From: Chthoniobacterales bacterium
GTDB lineage: Bacteria; Verrucomicrobiota; Verrucomicrobiia; Chthoniobacterales; JACTMZ01
Direction: 5' to 3'
NCBI GenBank assembly: GCA_044359955.1
Contig: JBIKLF010000010.1
Location: forward strand, 1,460-65,459
DNA length: 64,000 bases
Shown here: positions 19,685-30,695 of the stretch, in pieces
How positions within the stretch are numbered: position 1 is the stretch's first letter
Layout: every line of letters starts with the position of its first letter
Translations under genes and position numbers: made by a program
Notes under the pieces: generated by a model
The model's database searches: none
Seen by the model: the letters and a program-made list of their open reading frames with translations, nothing else
Told to the model about the DNA's origin: nothing

Positions 19685-20488
19685 ATGAACATCCATCCCA
19701 CCGCGCTCGTGGCCGACGGGGCCAAGCTGGCGAATGACGTCAAGGTCGGGCCCTACTCGATCATCGGGGCGGAGTCGGAGGTTGGCGCGGGTTGCGTGAT
19801 CGGGGCGCAGGTGATTTTAGAACACCGCGTCGTGCTCGGCGAGGGGACGAAAGTCGGGCACGGGACGATCTTGGGGGCGAATCCGCAGGATTTGGGATTT
19901 GAGGTGAAGCGGAAGGACACCGGCGTGCGCATCGGGCGCAACAATACGATCCGCGAACACGTCACGATCAACCGCGCCACCCTAGAAAACGCGGACACCG
20001 TGGTGGGGGACGACAATTTTCTTATGACAGGGTGTCACTTGGGGCACGACTGCCTCCTTGGTCACCGTGTCATCGTGGCCAATAACGTCCTCCTAGCTGG
20101 TCATGTGAAGGTGGCCGACAGCGCTTTTCTCGGCGGGGGCTCGGTCTTCCACCAATTTGTCACGGTCGGTTGCTTGGCCATGGTGCAGGGGGATTCCGGT
20201 TGCAGTAAAAACATCCCTCCTTACACCGTGGCGTCGAGGTTGAACACGGTCGTCGGCCTGAACTCGATCGGACTGCGGCGCGCCGGGCTCTCGGCTGAGG
20301 TGCGTTTGCAACTCAAGCGGGCCTTCCGGTTGCTTTATTTGTCACGCTTGAACGTGGCGCAGGCCCTGGAGGCCGCGGCCAAGGAGGATTGGGGGCCGGA
20401 AGCGGCGCAGTTTTTTGAATTCGTGCGTGCCTCAAAGAAACGGGGGATTTGCGATTATGTGGGGAAGGGTCTGGCCGGGGAGGAGTGA
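19685..20488 (+). CDS. lpxA: UDP-N-acetylglucosamine acyltransferase
   Basis: Hexapeptide repeats, PQDL, IREHVTINRAT, HLGHDC, LAGHV, GLNSIGLRR. Confidence 0.92.
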   Translation: MNIHPTALVADGAKLANDVKVGPYSIIGAESEVGAGCVIGAQVILEHRVVLGEGTKVGHGTILGANPQDLGFEVKRKDTGVRIGRNNTIREHVTINRATLENADTVVGDDNFLMTGCHLGHDCLLGHRVIVANNVLLAGHVKVADSAFLGGGSVFHQFVTVGCLAMVQGDSGCSKNIPPYTVASRLNTVVGLNSIGLRRAGLSAEVRLQLKRAFRLLYLSRLNVAQALEAAAKEDWGPEAAQFFEFVRASKKRGICDYVGKGLAGEE

Positions 20489-20534
20489 ACAGTCGGCGTC
20501 GGGGACCCACCTTGCGGCGTGGCAAGCGGCGCCG

Positions 20535-20831
20535 CTACATCGGAAATTTTGTTACGGCAATGGCGGAGAAGGCTTCGTACACGTTGGAGCGGTGCTCGCA
20601 GAAAAGGATGTCGATTTCCGGGGGGCCCGGGCGCTTGGTGCCACGGTAGGCGTAGATGACGCGGTATGAGCGGACTTTGATGCGGTAGTAGCCATGCAGG
20701 TCGTCTTCGAGCGCTTTGATGTCGCACTTTTCTTCCTCAAGCAAACGGATGGCCCGGCGCAGACGCTTGCGCGAGTCGGGGGCGAGGCGCTTGATGTATT
20801 CGCTGACCTGGTGCGCGACGTTGACCTTCAT
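20535..20831 (-). CDS. RelE/ParE-family toxin
   Basis: 98 aa, basic, GYYRIKVRSYRVIY; overlaps the antitoxin stop. Confidence 0.82.
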   Translation of the reverse strand: MKVNVAHQVSEYIKRLAPDSRKRLRRAIRLLEEEKCDIKALEDDLHGYYRIKVRSYRVIYAYRGTKRPGPPEIDILFCEHRSNVYEAFSAIAVTKFPM

Positions 20832-21079
20832 TCTTTCTCGTCGAGGACGGAGAGGGGATAGAACTTCGTTTTGCCGGCTTCGTAGTCGCGGATGGCTTTC
20901 ATCGCTTCCGGGTTGGCGAGGATTTCCATAGTTTCGAGGAGCGCCTCGAAGCGTTCCGGCGAGAGGAGGTAGCCGACGACTTTGTCGCGGCGGGTGATGA
21001 CGACCGGATGCTCGGCGGCCTCGCGGACCACGGCGGGAAACTTGGCTTGGGCTTCGGTGATGGAATACGTAGTTGCCAT
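20828..21079 (-). CDS. Phd/YefM-family antitoxin
   Basis: YSITEAQAKF..PVVITR..LLETMEIL. Confidence 0.85.
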   Translation of the reverse strand: MATTYSITEAQAKFPAVVREAAEHPVVITRRDKVVGYLLSPERFEALLETMEILANPEAMKAIRDYEAGKTKFYPLSVLDEKE

Positions 21080-21177
21080 AATGTTCTACGTAGCTTGATT
21101 GGGGGCGGATAGCAAGTTTTCCAGCGTTGTGCTGGCGGTCGGCGTCTTGGCCCGTAGGCTGTCGCGTAGTTCAAACG

Positions 21178-22407
21178 ATGATGGAATTTCCCGCCACCCG
21201 GCAGTTGGCGCTACAACGCCTCGACGAGTTTCTGGAAGAGGCTCCGCACTATGCGGCAAGGCGCAATCATGTCCTGCCGGGTCATACGCAGGTTTCGCGG
21301 CTGTCCGCCGCGATACGGCATCGCTTGATCACGGAGGCCGAGGTGGTGGAGGCGGCGCTGCAGAAGTATCCCTTCCGCCTGGTCGAAAAATTTTTGCAGG
21401 AGGTGCTTTGGCGCGGTTATTGGAAGGGGTGGTTGGAAATGCGTCCGCAGGTGTGGGATCGCTACGGTGTTTCGTCCGGCCGTTTGGACGATGCCGGGGG
21501 TCCAGAAGTTGCCGCGGCCTGCCGCGAAGTGGCCGCAGGCCGGTCACCCTCGGGCATCATGAATCACTTCGCGTGCGAATTGCTCGAGACCGGTTACCTG
21601 CACAATCATGCCCGGATGTGGTGGGCTTCGTATTGGATCCACCATTGCGGGTTGCCCTGGGAACTCGGCGCGCAGCATTTTTTCCGTCATCTGCTCGACG
21701 CGGACCCGGCCAGCAACACGCTGGGCTGGCGGTGGGTGGCCGGAGAACAGACGCGGGGCAAGACCTACCTGGCCACCGCCGGGAACATCCGCAAGTTCTG
21801 CGCTCCGGAACTGCTCGAGCGGGCGGGAGGCACCGGACTCGACGAGCATGTGGAGGCCCGGGCCGGTCTGGCCACCGATCCGACGGTCGATGACTTGAGT
21901 GGGCTGCCGGAACTTCCAAACGAAGTCGGGTTGCCTGACCCACAGCAGCGCATTGCGCTCATTCTGCATGACGAGGACCTTTGCCTGGAAACAAGTCCGG
22001 CGGCTCCGCTTCGGCCGGCGGTGGTCTTGCAGTTTGTTCCGGAGCCGGAACTCCCGCGGTCGGAACCGCGCGCGCAATGGCTTGAGTTGGCGCGGGCGGA
22101 TGCGGCCCGGCGGGCCGGAGAGCATTTCGGTTGTGAGGTCCGTGCTTGCCGGACCCGCGAGGAATTCATCCAAGCCTGCGGAGCGGAGAAAATTGCCTCG
22201 GTGTTCCACATGGAGCCTTTTGTGGGGCCGCTGCGCGATCAACTCCGGGATTTGCCGGGGGAACTTGTGCGGCGGGAGATTTCCTTGGTCCGGTTGCGCC
22301 GGAAGTGGGATTCCGTCTTGCTGCCGCAGGCCAGCCGCGGGTTCTTTCCGTTTTGGAACAAGGTGGGGCGGTTGCTCGCCAAATCCGGCGCGGAGGGGCT
22401 CTCATGA
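21178..22407 (+). CDS. Photolyase-like protein with N-terminal FAD-binding domain (NewPHL-type)
   Basis: [48 protein letters not shown] in the N-terminal half. Confidence 0.8.
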   Translation: MMEFPATRQLALQRLDEFLEEAPHYAARRNHVLPGHTQVSRLSAAIRHRLITEAEVVEAALQKYPFRLVEKFLQEVLWRGYWKGWLEMRPQVWDRYGVSSGRLDDAGGPEVAAACREVAAGRSPSGIMNHFACELLETGYLHNHARMWWASYWIHHCGLPWELGAQHFFRHLLDADPASNTLGWRWVAGEQTRGKTYLATAGNIRKFCAPELLERAGGTGLDEHVEARAGLATDPTVDDLSGLPELPNEVGLPDPQQRIALILHDEDLCLETSPAAPLRPAVVLQFVPEPELPRSEPRAQWLELARADAARRAGEHFGCEVRACRTREEFIQACGAEKIASVFHMEPFVGPLRDQLRDLPGELVRREISLVRLRRKWDSVLLPQASRGFFPFWNKVGRLLAKSGAEGLS

Positions 22408-22577
22408 AAGGAGTGGCCAAGTCGGATTTGCCGGAGAAGCTTTGCGCGGCCTGTGGCCGTCCTTTCCGCTGGCGCAAGAAGTGGGAGCGTGACTGGGATG
22501 CGGTGCGCTATTGCAGCGAGGCCTGCCGGACCGGACGGCGCGACCGGCGACGGCAGAACGAGGGGAAAGCGGCATGA
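22404..22577 (+). CDS. DUF2256 Cys-containing small protein
   Basis: [26 protein letters not shown]; ATGA overlaps on both sides. Confidence 0.85.
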   Translation: MKGVAKSDLPEKLCAACGRPFRWRKKWERDWDAVRYCSEACRTGRRDRRRQNEGKAA

Positions 22578-24124
22578 GGGAAACTCCGGTCAACCTCGTT
22601 TGGTTCAAGCGTGACCTTCGCGTCCAAGACCATGAACCGCTGGCCGAGGCGGCGGCGGATGGGCCGGTGCTCGGCCTCTTTATCTACGAACCGGCGCTTT
22701 ACCGCGCCGGGGAGTTTGATCCGTCGCATCTCATCTTCCTCAACCAATGCTTGGACGATCTCGGTCAGGCCTTGGCCGCGCGCGGGGGTGTGCTGGTCCT
22801 GCGCCACGGCGAAGCGGTGGAGGTTCTCGATCGCCTGGCGGAGGAGGTGCCGGTCAAAGCTCTCTTCTCCCACGCCGAGACGGGCAACATGACCACTTAC
22901 CAGCGGGATATGCGTGTCGCGGCGTGGGCTGCGCAGCGGGGCATCCGCTGGCAGCAGTTCCGTCAGGATGGCGTGATCCGCCCCTTGCGCAGCCGCGATG
23001 GATGGTCGGCACGCTGGGCGGAACGGATGAACCGTCCGGCGCTTCTCCAGCCGGAGCGGATGGCTTCACCCCGCGGACTCTCCGAGGTTGGCCTCCTCGC
23101 GCCGGCAGACTTGGGTTTGCCGCCCAGTGCCAAGCCCGAAGCACAGCTTGGGGGCATGAACGAGGCGGGTGCGGTGATGCGTTCGTTTTTGCAGGCGAGG
23201 GGCGTGAATTACCGGGCGGACATGTCGAGCCCGGTTGCGGGATGGGAAGGGTGTTCGCGTTTGAGCCCGTATCTTGCTTTTGGCTGCCTCAGTATGCGGA
23301 CGATTCACCAAGCAGCGGGGAGCCGGGTGGCCGAGCTGCGTGCCTTGGCCCGCAGCGGCGGGCCGGTCGACCGGCGGTGGCTCGGATCACTCTCCAGTTT
23401 CGGCGCGCGGCTGCGCTGGCATTGCCACTTCATGCAGAAGTTGGAAGACGAACCGCGCATCGAGTTCGAGAACTTTTCCCGGGCGTTCGACGGCATGCGC
23501 GAGGAATTTTCGGCGACGTCGGAAGCACGGGAACGTTTCCGTCGCTGGCAGGAAGGGACCACGGGGTATCCGATGGTCGATGCCTGTATGCGTGCGGTGC
23601 GGGCCACCGGATGGCTGAACTTTCGCATGAGGGCCATGGTGGCGAGCTTTGCGGCTTACCACCTTTGGCTGCACTGGCGTGAGCCGGCCGTTTATCTGGG
23701 GCGGCACTTTCTTGATTTCGAGCCGGGCATTCATTTCAGCCAGTTCCAAATGCAATCGGGGACCACGGGCATCAACACCCTGCGCATCTACTCGCCCGCG
23801 AAGCAGGCGCTCGATCAGGATCCGAAAGGCGTGTTTATCCGCCGCTGGATTCCCGAGTTGGCCAACGTGCCCGAATCGTGGTTGTCACAGCCGCATCTCA
23901 TGCCCTTGGAGATGCAGACCCGCTGCGGTTGCTTCATCGGCAAGGATTACCCGGCTCCCGTGGTCGATCACCAATCCGCGGTGGCGCTGGCCCGGGAGCG
24001 GTTCGCGGCCGTGCGGAAGCGTCCGGGCACGCGGGCGGAAGCGAAGCGCGTGCTGACCAAACACGGGAGCCGCAAGCGTCCGGCGAAACGGGCGCGTCCG
24101 CGGGTCACTGCCACGCTGTTGTAG
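22574..24124 (+). CDS. Cryptochrome/DNA photolyase family protein
   Basis: [40 protein letters not shown]. Confidence 0.92.
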   Translation: MRETPVNLVWFKRDLRVQDHEPLAEAAADGPVLGLFIYEPALYRAGEFDPSHLIFLNQCLDDLGQALAARGGVLVLRHGEAVEVLDRLAEEVPVKALFSHAETGNMTTYQRDMRVAAWAAQRGIRWQQFRQDGVIRPLRSRDGWSARWAERMNRPALLQPERMASPRGLSEVGLLAPADLGLPPSAKPEAQLGGMNEAGAVMRSFLQARGVNYRADMSSPVAGWEGCSRLSPYLAFGCLSMRTIHQAAGSRVAELRALARSGGPVDRRWLGSLSSFGARLRWHCHFMQKLEDEPRIEFENFSRAFDGMREEFSATSEARERFRRWQEGTTGYPMVDACMRAVRATGWLNFRMRAMVASFAAYHLWLHWREPAVYLGRHFLDFEPGIHFSQFQMQSGTTGINTLRIYSPAKQALDQDPKGVFIRRWIPELANVPESWLSQPHLMPLEMQTRCGCFIGKDYPAPVVDHQSAVALARERFAAVRKRPGTRAEAKRVLTKHGSRKRPAKRARPRVTATLL

Positions 24125-24183
24125 CAGTGCGCCTTTGCGGGGTCCTCAACGAATGAAATGGACGGAAAGAGAGGATGCCTTGG

Positions 24184-26757
24184 CTAGATTTCGACGCTTT
24201 CGATTTCCTCTTCCATGGTCTCGCTGACCACGGGGGCCATGGCTTGGAGTTTTTCACCGTCGCCGAGGCCGATCAGGCGCACGCCTTGGGCGTTGCGTCC
24301 GGTCATGCGGATCTCGCTCACCCGGGTGCGGACGCTTTGGCCGCCGCTGGTCATGAGCATGATTTCGTCTGTCTCGCGCACGCTGAGGGCGCCGACCACG
24401 TCACCGGTTTTGTCGGTGACTTTCATCGTGATGATGCCTTTGCCGCCGCGCCCTTGCAGACGGTATTCGTCGAATTCGGTGCGTTTGCCCACCCCGTTGG
24501 CTCCGGCCACGAGAAGGGTGGTGTCCGCGACAACCAGCGCGGCCCCGATGACGAAGTCGCCTTTGGCCGGACGGATGCCCCAGACTCCGGTGGCGGTGCG
24601 GCCCATGTCACGGATGTCTTCCTCGCTGAAACGGATGCTCATGCCGTCCTTGGTGATGAGGACAATTTCGTTGTGTCCGTTGGTCATGAGCGCGGCAATC
24701 AATTCGTCACCATCCTCGATATTGATCGCGATGATGCCCCCCTTGCGGATGTTGCGGTAGGAGGAAAGGTTGCTCTTCTTGATCACGCCGGTCTTGGTCG
24801 TGAAGAGGATGTGCTGGTTCTCGTCCCAGGTCTCGTCTTTGCCCGCGCCCAACTTCGACTGGATGCGCATGACGGCGGCAATTTCCTCGCCGGGTTTGAA
24901 CTCGAGGAGGTTGGCGATGGAGCGGCCTTTGGCCGCGCGGCCCATTTCGGGGATGTTGTAGGCTTTTTCGACGTAGCAGCGTCCTTTTTTGGTGAAGAAG
25001 ACGAGGTAGTCGTGCGTGCTCGCGGTAAAGAGGTGTTCGACGAAATCGTCCTCCGCGTTCTCCGCGTTGGCTTCGCGGGTCTGCATGCCGATGACACCTT
25101 TGCCGCCGCGTTTCTGGGCGCGGTAGGCGCTGACCGCGGTGCGTTTGATGAAGCCGCGGTGGGTCACGGTGATGATGCAGCCTTCGTTGGTGATGAGATC
25201 CTCGATGTTCATCTCACCTTCGTCGGGCACGATGTCGGTCAGCCGGGGGTTGGCGTATTTCGTTTGGATCTCGCGCAGTTCGCTTTTGATGATGTCGAGG
25301 ACACGTTCCTCGCGGGCGATGATGTCGAGCAGGTCCTCGATGGTGGAAAGGAGGGTCTGGTATTCGCCGAGCACCTTGTCGCTCTCCAGGCCGGTCAACT
25401 GGTAGAGGCGGAGTTCGAGGATGTCGTCGACCTGCTGCTCGGTCAGCAGGTATTCGCCATCGGTCAGGCGCGCTTCGCTGCGGACTTTGATCCCGAATTT
25501 TTCGACCTGCTTGCGGGTGAATTCGAAAGCGAGGAGTTTGACTTTGGCTTCTTCGCGGTTTTTCGAGCCGCGGATGATGCGGATAAACTCGTCGAGGTTG
25601 GCCAGGGCGATGAGGAAGGCCTCGAGTTTTTCGGCCCGCACTTCGGCTTCGGCCAAGAGGTGGCGGGTGCGGCGCAGGACGACTTCGCGGCGGTGCTCGA
25701 TGTAGCAGGCGATGGCTTCTTTGAGCGAAAGCAGCTTCGGCTTGCCATGGTCGATGGCCAGCATGGTGATGGAGAACGAGCTCTCCAGCGCGGTGTGCTT
25801 GTAGAGGTTGTTGATGACAACCTTGGGGTTGGCGTCGCGCTTGAGTTCGATGACCACGCGCGTGTTTTCGTCCGATTCGTCGCGGATGGCGCTGATGTCG
25901 GTGATCGTCTTCTGGTTGACCAGATCGGCCACCCGCTCGACGAAAGTGGCGCGGTTGACGTTGTAGGGGATTTCGGTGACGACGATCTGTTCGCGGTTGC
26001 CTTTGAGTTCCTCGACCCCGGCTTTGCCGCGGACCTTGACCGAACCGCGGCCGGTTTCGAGGTATTGGCGGATGCCGCCGACCCCGCAGAGTTGGCAACC
26101 GGTGGGGAAGTCGGGGCCTTTGACGTGCTTCATCAAGCCGTCGAGGTTGATATCGGGCCGGTCGATCTGCGCGCAGATGGCGTCGATCACTTCGCCGAGA
26201 TTGTGCGGCGGCATGTTGGTGGCCATGCCGACGGCGATGCCGGTGCCGCCATTGACCAGAAGATTGGGGAAGGCGGCGGGGAAGACGACGGGCTCGGTTA
26301 GGCGTTCGTCGTAATTGGGGACGAAATCGACGGTCGATTTGTCCATATCGGCCATGAGGGCCGTGCCGAGGTGGGTGAGGCGCGCCTCGGTATAACGCAT
26401 GGCGGCCGGCGGATCGCCTTCGACCGAGCCGAAGTTGCCCTGGCCGTCGACCAGAGTTTCGCGCATGGCCCAGCTCTGCGCCATGTGGACGAGGGTGGGA
26501 TAAATGACCGCTTCGCCGTGCGGGTGGTAGTTGCCGCTCGTGTCACCGCAAATTTTCGCGCACTTGATCTGCTGGCGCCCGGGAAAGAGCCGCAGGTCGT
26601 GCATCGCGTAAAGGATGCGGCGCTGGGCGGGCTTGAGTCCGTCGCGCGCATCGGGCAAAGCGCGCGAGATGATGACGGACATGGAGTAGTCGAGGAAGGA
26701 GCGTGACATCTCCTCCGCGACATCGATCGGTTCGACTTTTTCGTTCTGGTTATACAC
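24184..26757 (-). CDS. gyrA: DNA gyrase subunit A
   Basis: RALPDARDGLKP, YHPHGE, AAMRYTE, GyrA-box QKRGGKG, C-terminal pinwheel repeats. Confidence 0.96.
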   Translation of the reverse strand: MYNQNEKVEPIDVAEEMSRSFLDYSMSVIISRALPDARDGLKPAQRRILYAMHDLRLFPGRQQIKCAKICGDTSGNYHPHGEAVIYPTLVHMAQSWAMRETLVDGQGNFGSVEGDPPAAMRYTEARLTHLGTALMADMDKSTVDFVPNYDERLTEPVVFPAAFPNLLVNGGTGIAVGMATNMPPHNLGEVIDAICAQIDRPDINLDGLMKHVKGPDFPTGCQLCGVGGIRQYLETGRGSVKVRGKAGVEELKGNREQIVVTEIPYNVNRATFVERVADLVNQKTITDISAIRDESDENTRVVIELKRDANPKVVINNLYKHTALESSFSITMLAIDHGKPKLLSLKEAIACYIEHRREVVLRRTRHLLAEAEVRAEKLEAFLIALANLDEFIRIIRGSKNREEAKVKLLAFEFTRKQVEKFGIKVRSEARLTDGEYLLTEQQVDDILELRLYQLTGLESDKVLGEYQTLLSTIEDLLDIIAREERVLDIIKSELREIQTKYANPRLTDIVPDEGEMNIEDLITNEGCIITVTHRGFIKRTAVSAYRAQKRGGKGVIGMQTREANAENAEDDFVEHLFTASTHDYLVFFTKKGRCYVEKAYNIPEMGRAAKGRSIANLLEFKPGEEIAAVMRIQSKLGAGKDETWDENQHILFTTKTGVIKKSNLSSYRNIRKGGIIAINIEDGDELIAALMTNGHNEIVLITKDGMSIRFSEEDIRDMGRTATGVWGIRPAKGDFVIGAALVVADTTLLVAGANGVGKRTEFDEYRLQGRGGKGIITMKVTDKTGDVVGALSVRETDEIMLMTSGGQSVRTRVSEIRMTGRNAQGVRLIGLGDGEKLQAMAPVVSETMEEEIESVEI

Positions 26758-27218
26758 GGGAAATTAGGTGACTGGCGTGACGTTTTGGCCCTGTTTCGGG
26801 CGAGTGTGGATTCTGTCCGCTCGACGGCTGCCCGACCAGCGCAAAGATCGGCTTTTGGCCGCGATTTCTCGATCTGTTTTTGCGGGGGTGGGTGGCCAGA
26901 GGCGGGCCGGTCAGTTCGCAATCTTTCGGCCGCACAACGCCCACGCCCCGATGGCAGGCGGTGGCTCTCTTATGACAAAACTTGTCATCAAGGTTGCAGT
27001 CTAGCATAACCCACACTCATGAACCTAAAAACGGAGATGAGAGTTGACCGATGAGGGTTGAGAGATTAGGCAACAAGGCGAGACGCCGCAGCCCAGCATC
27101 ACCCTTGGGGTGACGGAGCGGAAATGGGCAAGCCTTTGATTTTCAGTCCCTCATTTGCCTCCGGCTGTCTACGCTTCGCTGCGGCTCTCAACCATAGACC
27201 CTCAACTTCCTTTCTAGG

Positions 27219-27866
27219 ATGAAAGCCCTTTTTCCGGAATCTCTCACCAAACGCATCCGCACATCCAAGATCATCGCCGTGGTGGTGATTGACGAACCGT
27301 CTGCTGCCGTGCCACTGGCCAACGCCCTGCTGGCCGGCGGGATCGAGGCCATCGAACTGACCCTGCGCACGCCGACGGCATGCGAGTCGCTGGCGGCCAT
27401 CCGCAACGCATGCCCGGACATGCTCGCCGGCTTGGGCACGGTGCTCACTGCCGAGCAGGTTGCCCAAGCGGTCGAGGGTGGAGCCGCCTTTGCCGTCGCG
27501 CCGGGGCTGAATCCGAATGTTGTGCGCGCAGCGCAAGCGGCGGGCTTGCCGTTCGCACCGGGAATCGTCACCCCCTCGGACATCGAGAACGCCGTGGCGC
27601 TGGGCTGCCGCTTACTCAAGTTCTTCCCGGCGGAAGCTTCCGGTGGCATTTCCTACCTCAAGTCGATGGGCGCTCCCTACGCCCACCTCGGCTTGGAATA
27701 CATTCCGCTGGGCGGCCTCGATGAAAGCAACTTCACCCGCTATCTGGCCCTCGACAACGTGCCGGCCGTTGGTGGCTCGTGGATCGCCCCGCGTGAGCTG
27801 ATCCGCGGCCGCAACTGGCATGTGATCACTGAAAACGCCCGCTGCGCCACCAAAGCAATTTCCTAA
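27219..27866 (+). CDS. eda: KDPG/KHG aldolase
   Basis: IELTLRT, GLGTVL, LKFFPAE, PLGG, AVGGSW. Confidence 0.92.
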   Translation: MKALFPESLTKRIRTSKIIAVVVIDEPSAAVPLANALLAGGIEAIELTLRTPTACESLAAIRNACPDMLAGLGTVLTAEQVAQAVEGGAAFAVAPGLNPNVVRAAQAAGLPFAPGIVTPSDIENAVALGCRLLKFFPAEASGGISYLKSMGAPYAHLGLEYIPLGGLDESNFTRYLALDNVPAVGGSWIAPRELIRGRNWHVITENARCATKAIS

Positions 27867-27867
27867 T

Positions 27868-28962
27868 ATGAAAACCACCATCGTCACCTTCGGAGAGATC
27901 ATGGGACGGCTCTGTCCGCCCGGTCACCTGCGATTTGTGCAAGCCATGCCGGGTTCGCTCGACATCACTTTCGCGGGCGCGGAAGCCAATGTCGCCGCGT
28001 CGCTCGCCTTATTCGGGGCGAGGGCCCGCTTCGTCACCGCCCTGCCGGACAATGTGCTCGGCGACTCCTGCGTGCGCGTCTTGCGCGGCCTTGGCGTCGA
28101 TACTTCGCGCATCCTCAAGACCAAGTCCGGCCGCCTCGGACTTTATTTCGTTGAGAAGGGCGCCAACCAGCGTCCGAGCCATGTCGTCTATGATCGCTCG
28201 CACAGCGCCATCGCCGAGGCGCGGCCCGCGGACTTCAACTGGTCAGCCATTCTCGAAGGGGCCTGCTGGCTTCATACCACCGGCATCACCCCCGCGCTCT
28301 CGCGCCATGCTTTCGAATCCTGCCTGGCGGCTGCCCGTGGCGCCAAAGCCGCCGGTCTCACGGTTTCCTGCGACCTCAACTTCCGCAAGAAGCTCTGGGA
28401 CTGGGAGCCCGGCACCAAGTCCACCGATCTCGCCCGGCGTTGCCTGACCGAAATTCTGCCGCACGTGGATGTCTGCATCGCCAACGAAGAAGATGCCGCC
28501 GACGTGCTCGGCATCCACGCCGAGGGCAGCGACGTCGAAAGCGGCAGCCTCTCCGTCGATCGCTACCCGGAAGTCGCACGCGAGATCGTCCGCCTCTTCC
28601 CCAACATCGCCAAGGTGGCCATCACCCTGCGCGAGAGCATCTCCGCCTCGCACAACAACTGGGGTGCGATGCTTTATGATACTTCGTCGGACCGTGCCTA
28701 TTTTGCGCCTTTGAAAAATGAGGAATACGCGCCCTACGAAATCCGCAACATCGTCGATCGCGTGGGAGGCGGCGACAGCTTTGGCGCCGGCCTCGTCTAT
28801 GCACTGAACACGCCGGAGCTGGCCGCACCGCAAACCGCCATCCGCTTCGCCACCGCCGCCTCGTGTCTGGCCCATTCGATCGAGGGCGACTTCAATTTCT
28901 CATCCCGCGCCGAAGTCGAGGCATTGATGGGCGGGAACGCCTCGGGTCGCGTGGTGCGTTGA
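27868..28962 (+). CDS. kdgK: 2-keto-3-deoxygluconate kinase (PfkB family)
   Basis: FGEIM, GAEANVA, DLNFRKKLW, DRVGGGDSF; coupled to eda. Confidence 0.85.
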   Translation: MKTTIVTFGEIMGRLCPPGHLRFVQAMPGSLDITFAGAEANVAASLALFGARARFVTALPDNVLGDSCVRVLRGLGVDTSRILKTKSGRLGLYFVEKGANQRPSHVVYDRSHSAIAEARPADFNWSAILEGACWLHTTGITPALSRHAFESCLAAARGAKAAGLTVSCDLNFRKKLWDWEPGTKSTDLARRCLTEILPHVDVCIANEEDAADVLGIHAEGSDVESGSLSVDRYPEVAREIVRLFPNIAKVAITLRESISASHNNWGAMLYDTSSDRAYFAPLKNEEYAPYEIRNIVDRVGGGDSFGAGLVYALNTPELAAPQTAIRFATAASCLAHSIEGDFNFSSRAEVEALMGGNASGRVVR

Positions 28963-29311
28963 AGCCCGCAGCTCGGATCTTCTTCAGATGAAACCTGCGT
29001 CGGATTCATGCCGTCGGAGACGCAAGAAAAGCGCGGCTGGGCTCGGTTTTTCCAGGGGGCACGGCCGTCCCGGCCGTATTGTCTGATCGTGACGGGCTCA
29101 GAATTTGCAGACTTAGGTAGGGACGCGCGGCTCGCGCGTCCGTTGGTTGGGGATCGGACGAGCGGCCGCTCGTCCCTGCCTTCTGAACGAACATTTCCTC
29201 CTGCTGCAGCCCGTCCATCGCCGCGGCTTCTGCATCGTTACGGCTGAGCCGATTTCATGACGTGGAACAACCGGGCGGCGGCCGGAGCCGAGGCTTGGCG
29301 AGACAGCCCCG

Positions 29312-29403
29312 AGTCCCTGAACCCGCGCGCGGCGGGTGTGGTTGGGGAGTAACTGGGGCCGGCGTCGACGGTGAGCTTGGGCAGGCAGAGGCAAGAAAGC
29401 CAC
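29312..29403. repeat. Family A element copy
   Basis: Near-identical to 9528-9620. Confidence 0.85.
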
Positions 29404-29431
29404 AGCCGAGTCTGCGAGACGGCCCATAGGA

Positions 29432-30406
29432 TCAAGCCTGGCCTTTTTTGCGGCGGCGTTTTCGCGGCGGTTCGGCTTGTCCCCACGCCCGGGCATATTC
29501 GGAGGGAGTCACGCCCGTGAGTTTGCGGAACAAAAGGTTGAAGTGGCTCAGCGTGTGGAAGCCCACGCGGTCCGCCACTTCGATGATGCGCGTGCCGGGC
29601 AGGCAAAGCAGGGCTTTGGCCTGGGTGATGCGGTAGGCGCCGAGGTAGGCAACCGGACTCATGCCCACCGTCGCGCGGAACAAAGCTTGCAACCGGGACT
29701 CGTGGAGGCCGGACGCGGCGGCGATCTCCGCGGTGTAGATCTCCTCGGCATACCGCTCGTGGATGAAGCGGAACGCCTTGCGGAGCGCCTCCCAGTTCGG
29801 GGCTTCGGCAGGCGCCGGAACGGGCCGGGCCGCGGGCGGTTGGCGGCGGAACAGGAGCACCAGGAGATCCATGAGAAGGGCGCGCAGGCGCAACTCGGAC
29901 CCGGCCTGCCGGCGGTCGTGCTCCACGGCCATCGCCTCGAAAAGTCCGCCCACCTCGCGCTGCCGGGCGGGCGGGATTTGGTGGACGCAGTGGCTGTAGT
30001 CCCGGACATTGACCATCCAGGAAAGCAGATGCGCCCCGTCCTCAATGGGCCCCATCTCCAGCAGGAGGATCGGCAAAAAGTGGACCGAGATGCCGCGGGC
30101 GGGATACGTGAGCGATTTGGCATAATGGGGGACGCCGGGCCCCAACAAAAGCGCGGAACCCGCCCCGCGCCGGACTTTGGCCGGTCCGATGAAATGCAGC
30201 GCGCTTCCTTCGCTGCTCCAGCCCACTTCGCAGTAAGGGTGCTCCTCCGGATAAGGAACCGTGGGCTCCAGGGGGGCGCCCGACTTCCGTCCGGTCCGGC
30301 GCACGATGATCGGCCGGACCGGAGTGAGCGGGTGGCTAACCTCCCTCACCTGGGAGAGCCAGGAGATCTCGTCCGGGGAGGCGGGGTGGTTGGCTGGGCG
30401 CATCAT
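29432..30406 (-). CDS. AraC-family regulator with cupin sensor domain
   Basis: HPYCE..PH cupin; C-terminal IIEVADRVGFHTLSHFNLLFRKLTGVTPSEY. Confidence 0.88.
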   Translation of the reverse strand: MMRPANHPASPDEISWLSQVREVSHPLTPVRPIIVRRTGRKSGAPLEPTVPYPEEHPYCEVGWSSEGSALHFIGPAKVRRGAGSALLLGPGVPHYAKSLTYPARGISVHFLPILLLEMGPIEDGAHLLSWMVNVRDYSHCVHQIPPARQREVGGLFEAMAVEHDRRQAGSELRLRALLMDLLVLLFRRQPPAARPVPAPAEAPNWEALRKAFRFIHERYAEEIYTAEIAAASGLHESRLQALFRATVGMSPVAYLGAYRITQAKALLCLPGTRIIEVADRVGFHTLSHFNLLFRKLTGVTPSEYARAWGQAEPPRKRRRKKGQA

Positions 30407-30590
30407 CGGGAGATTAGAGAGGTCAAAGCACGGTGGCGCGCAAGCCTAAGCCGTCTTCATAGAAGTGGTTTGGGCAGGGGGCACGGGCGTCCCGCCCTTC
30501 TTGTCTGCCGGCAAACGGGCGAACCGGAGTCCCGCCCAAGCGGGACGCAGATAGCCCCATAGGCAAACGCCGTTCTCCCTGGGCTTGGCC

Positions 30591-30635
30591 GCCCCAGTCA
30601 CTCCCAACCACACCCGCCGCGCGCGGGTTCAGGGA
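30591..30635. repeat. Family A element, inverted copy
   Basis: GCCCCAGTCACTCCCAACCACACCCGCCGCGCGCGGGTTCAGGGA is the reverse complement of the family A head. Confidence 0.8.
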
Positions 30636-30695
30636 ATCCTGCGGAATTCTTGGCACCGGCTTTGCTGGCTTAGGATGAAACAAGTTTACCATCGC

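Noticed and set aside
24175-26301. 708-aa plus-strand ORF and similar long antisense ORFs (e.g. 6379-8589, 33094-34860, 40863-42470)
   Set aside because: Shadow frames of well-supported genes in high-GC DNA; no recognisable motifs.
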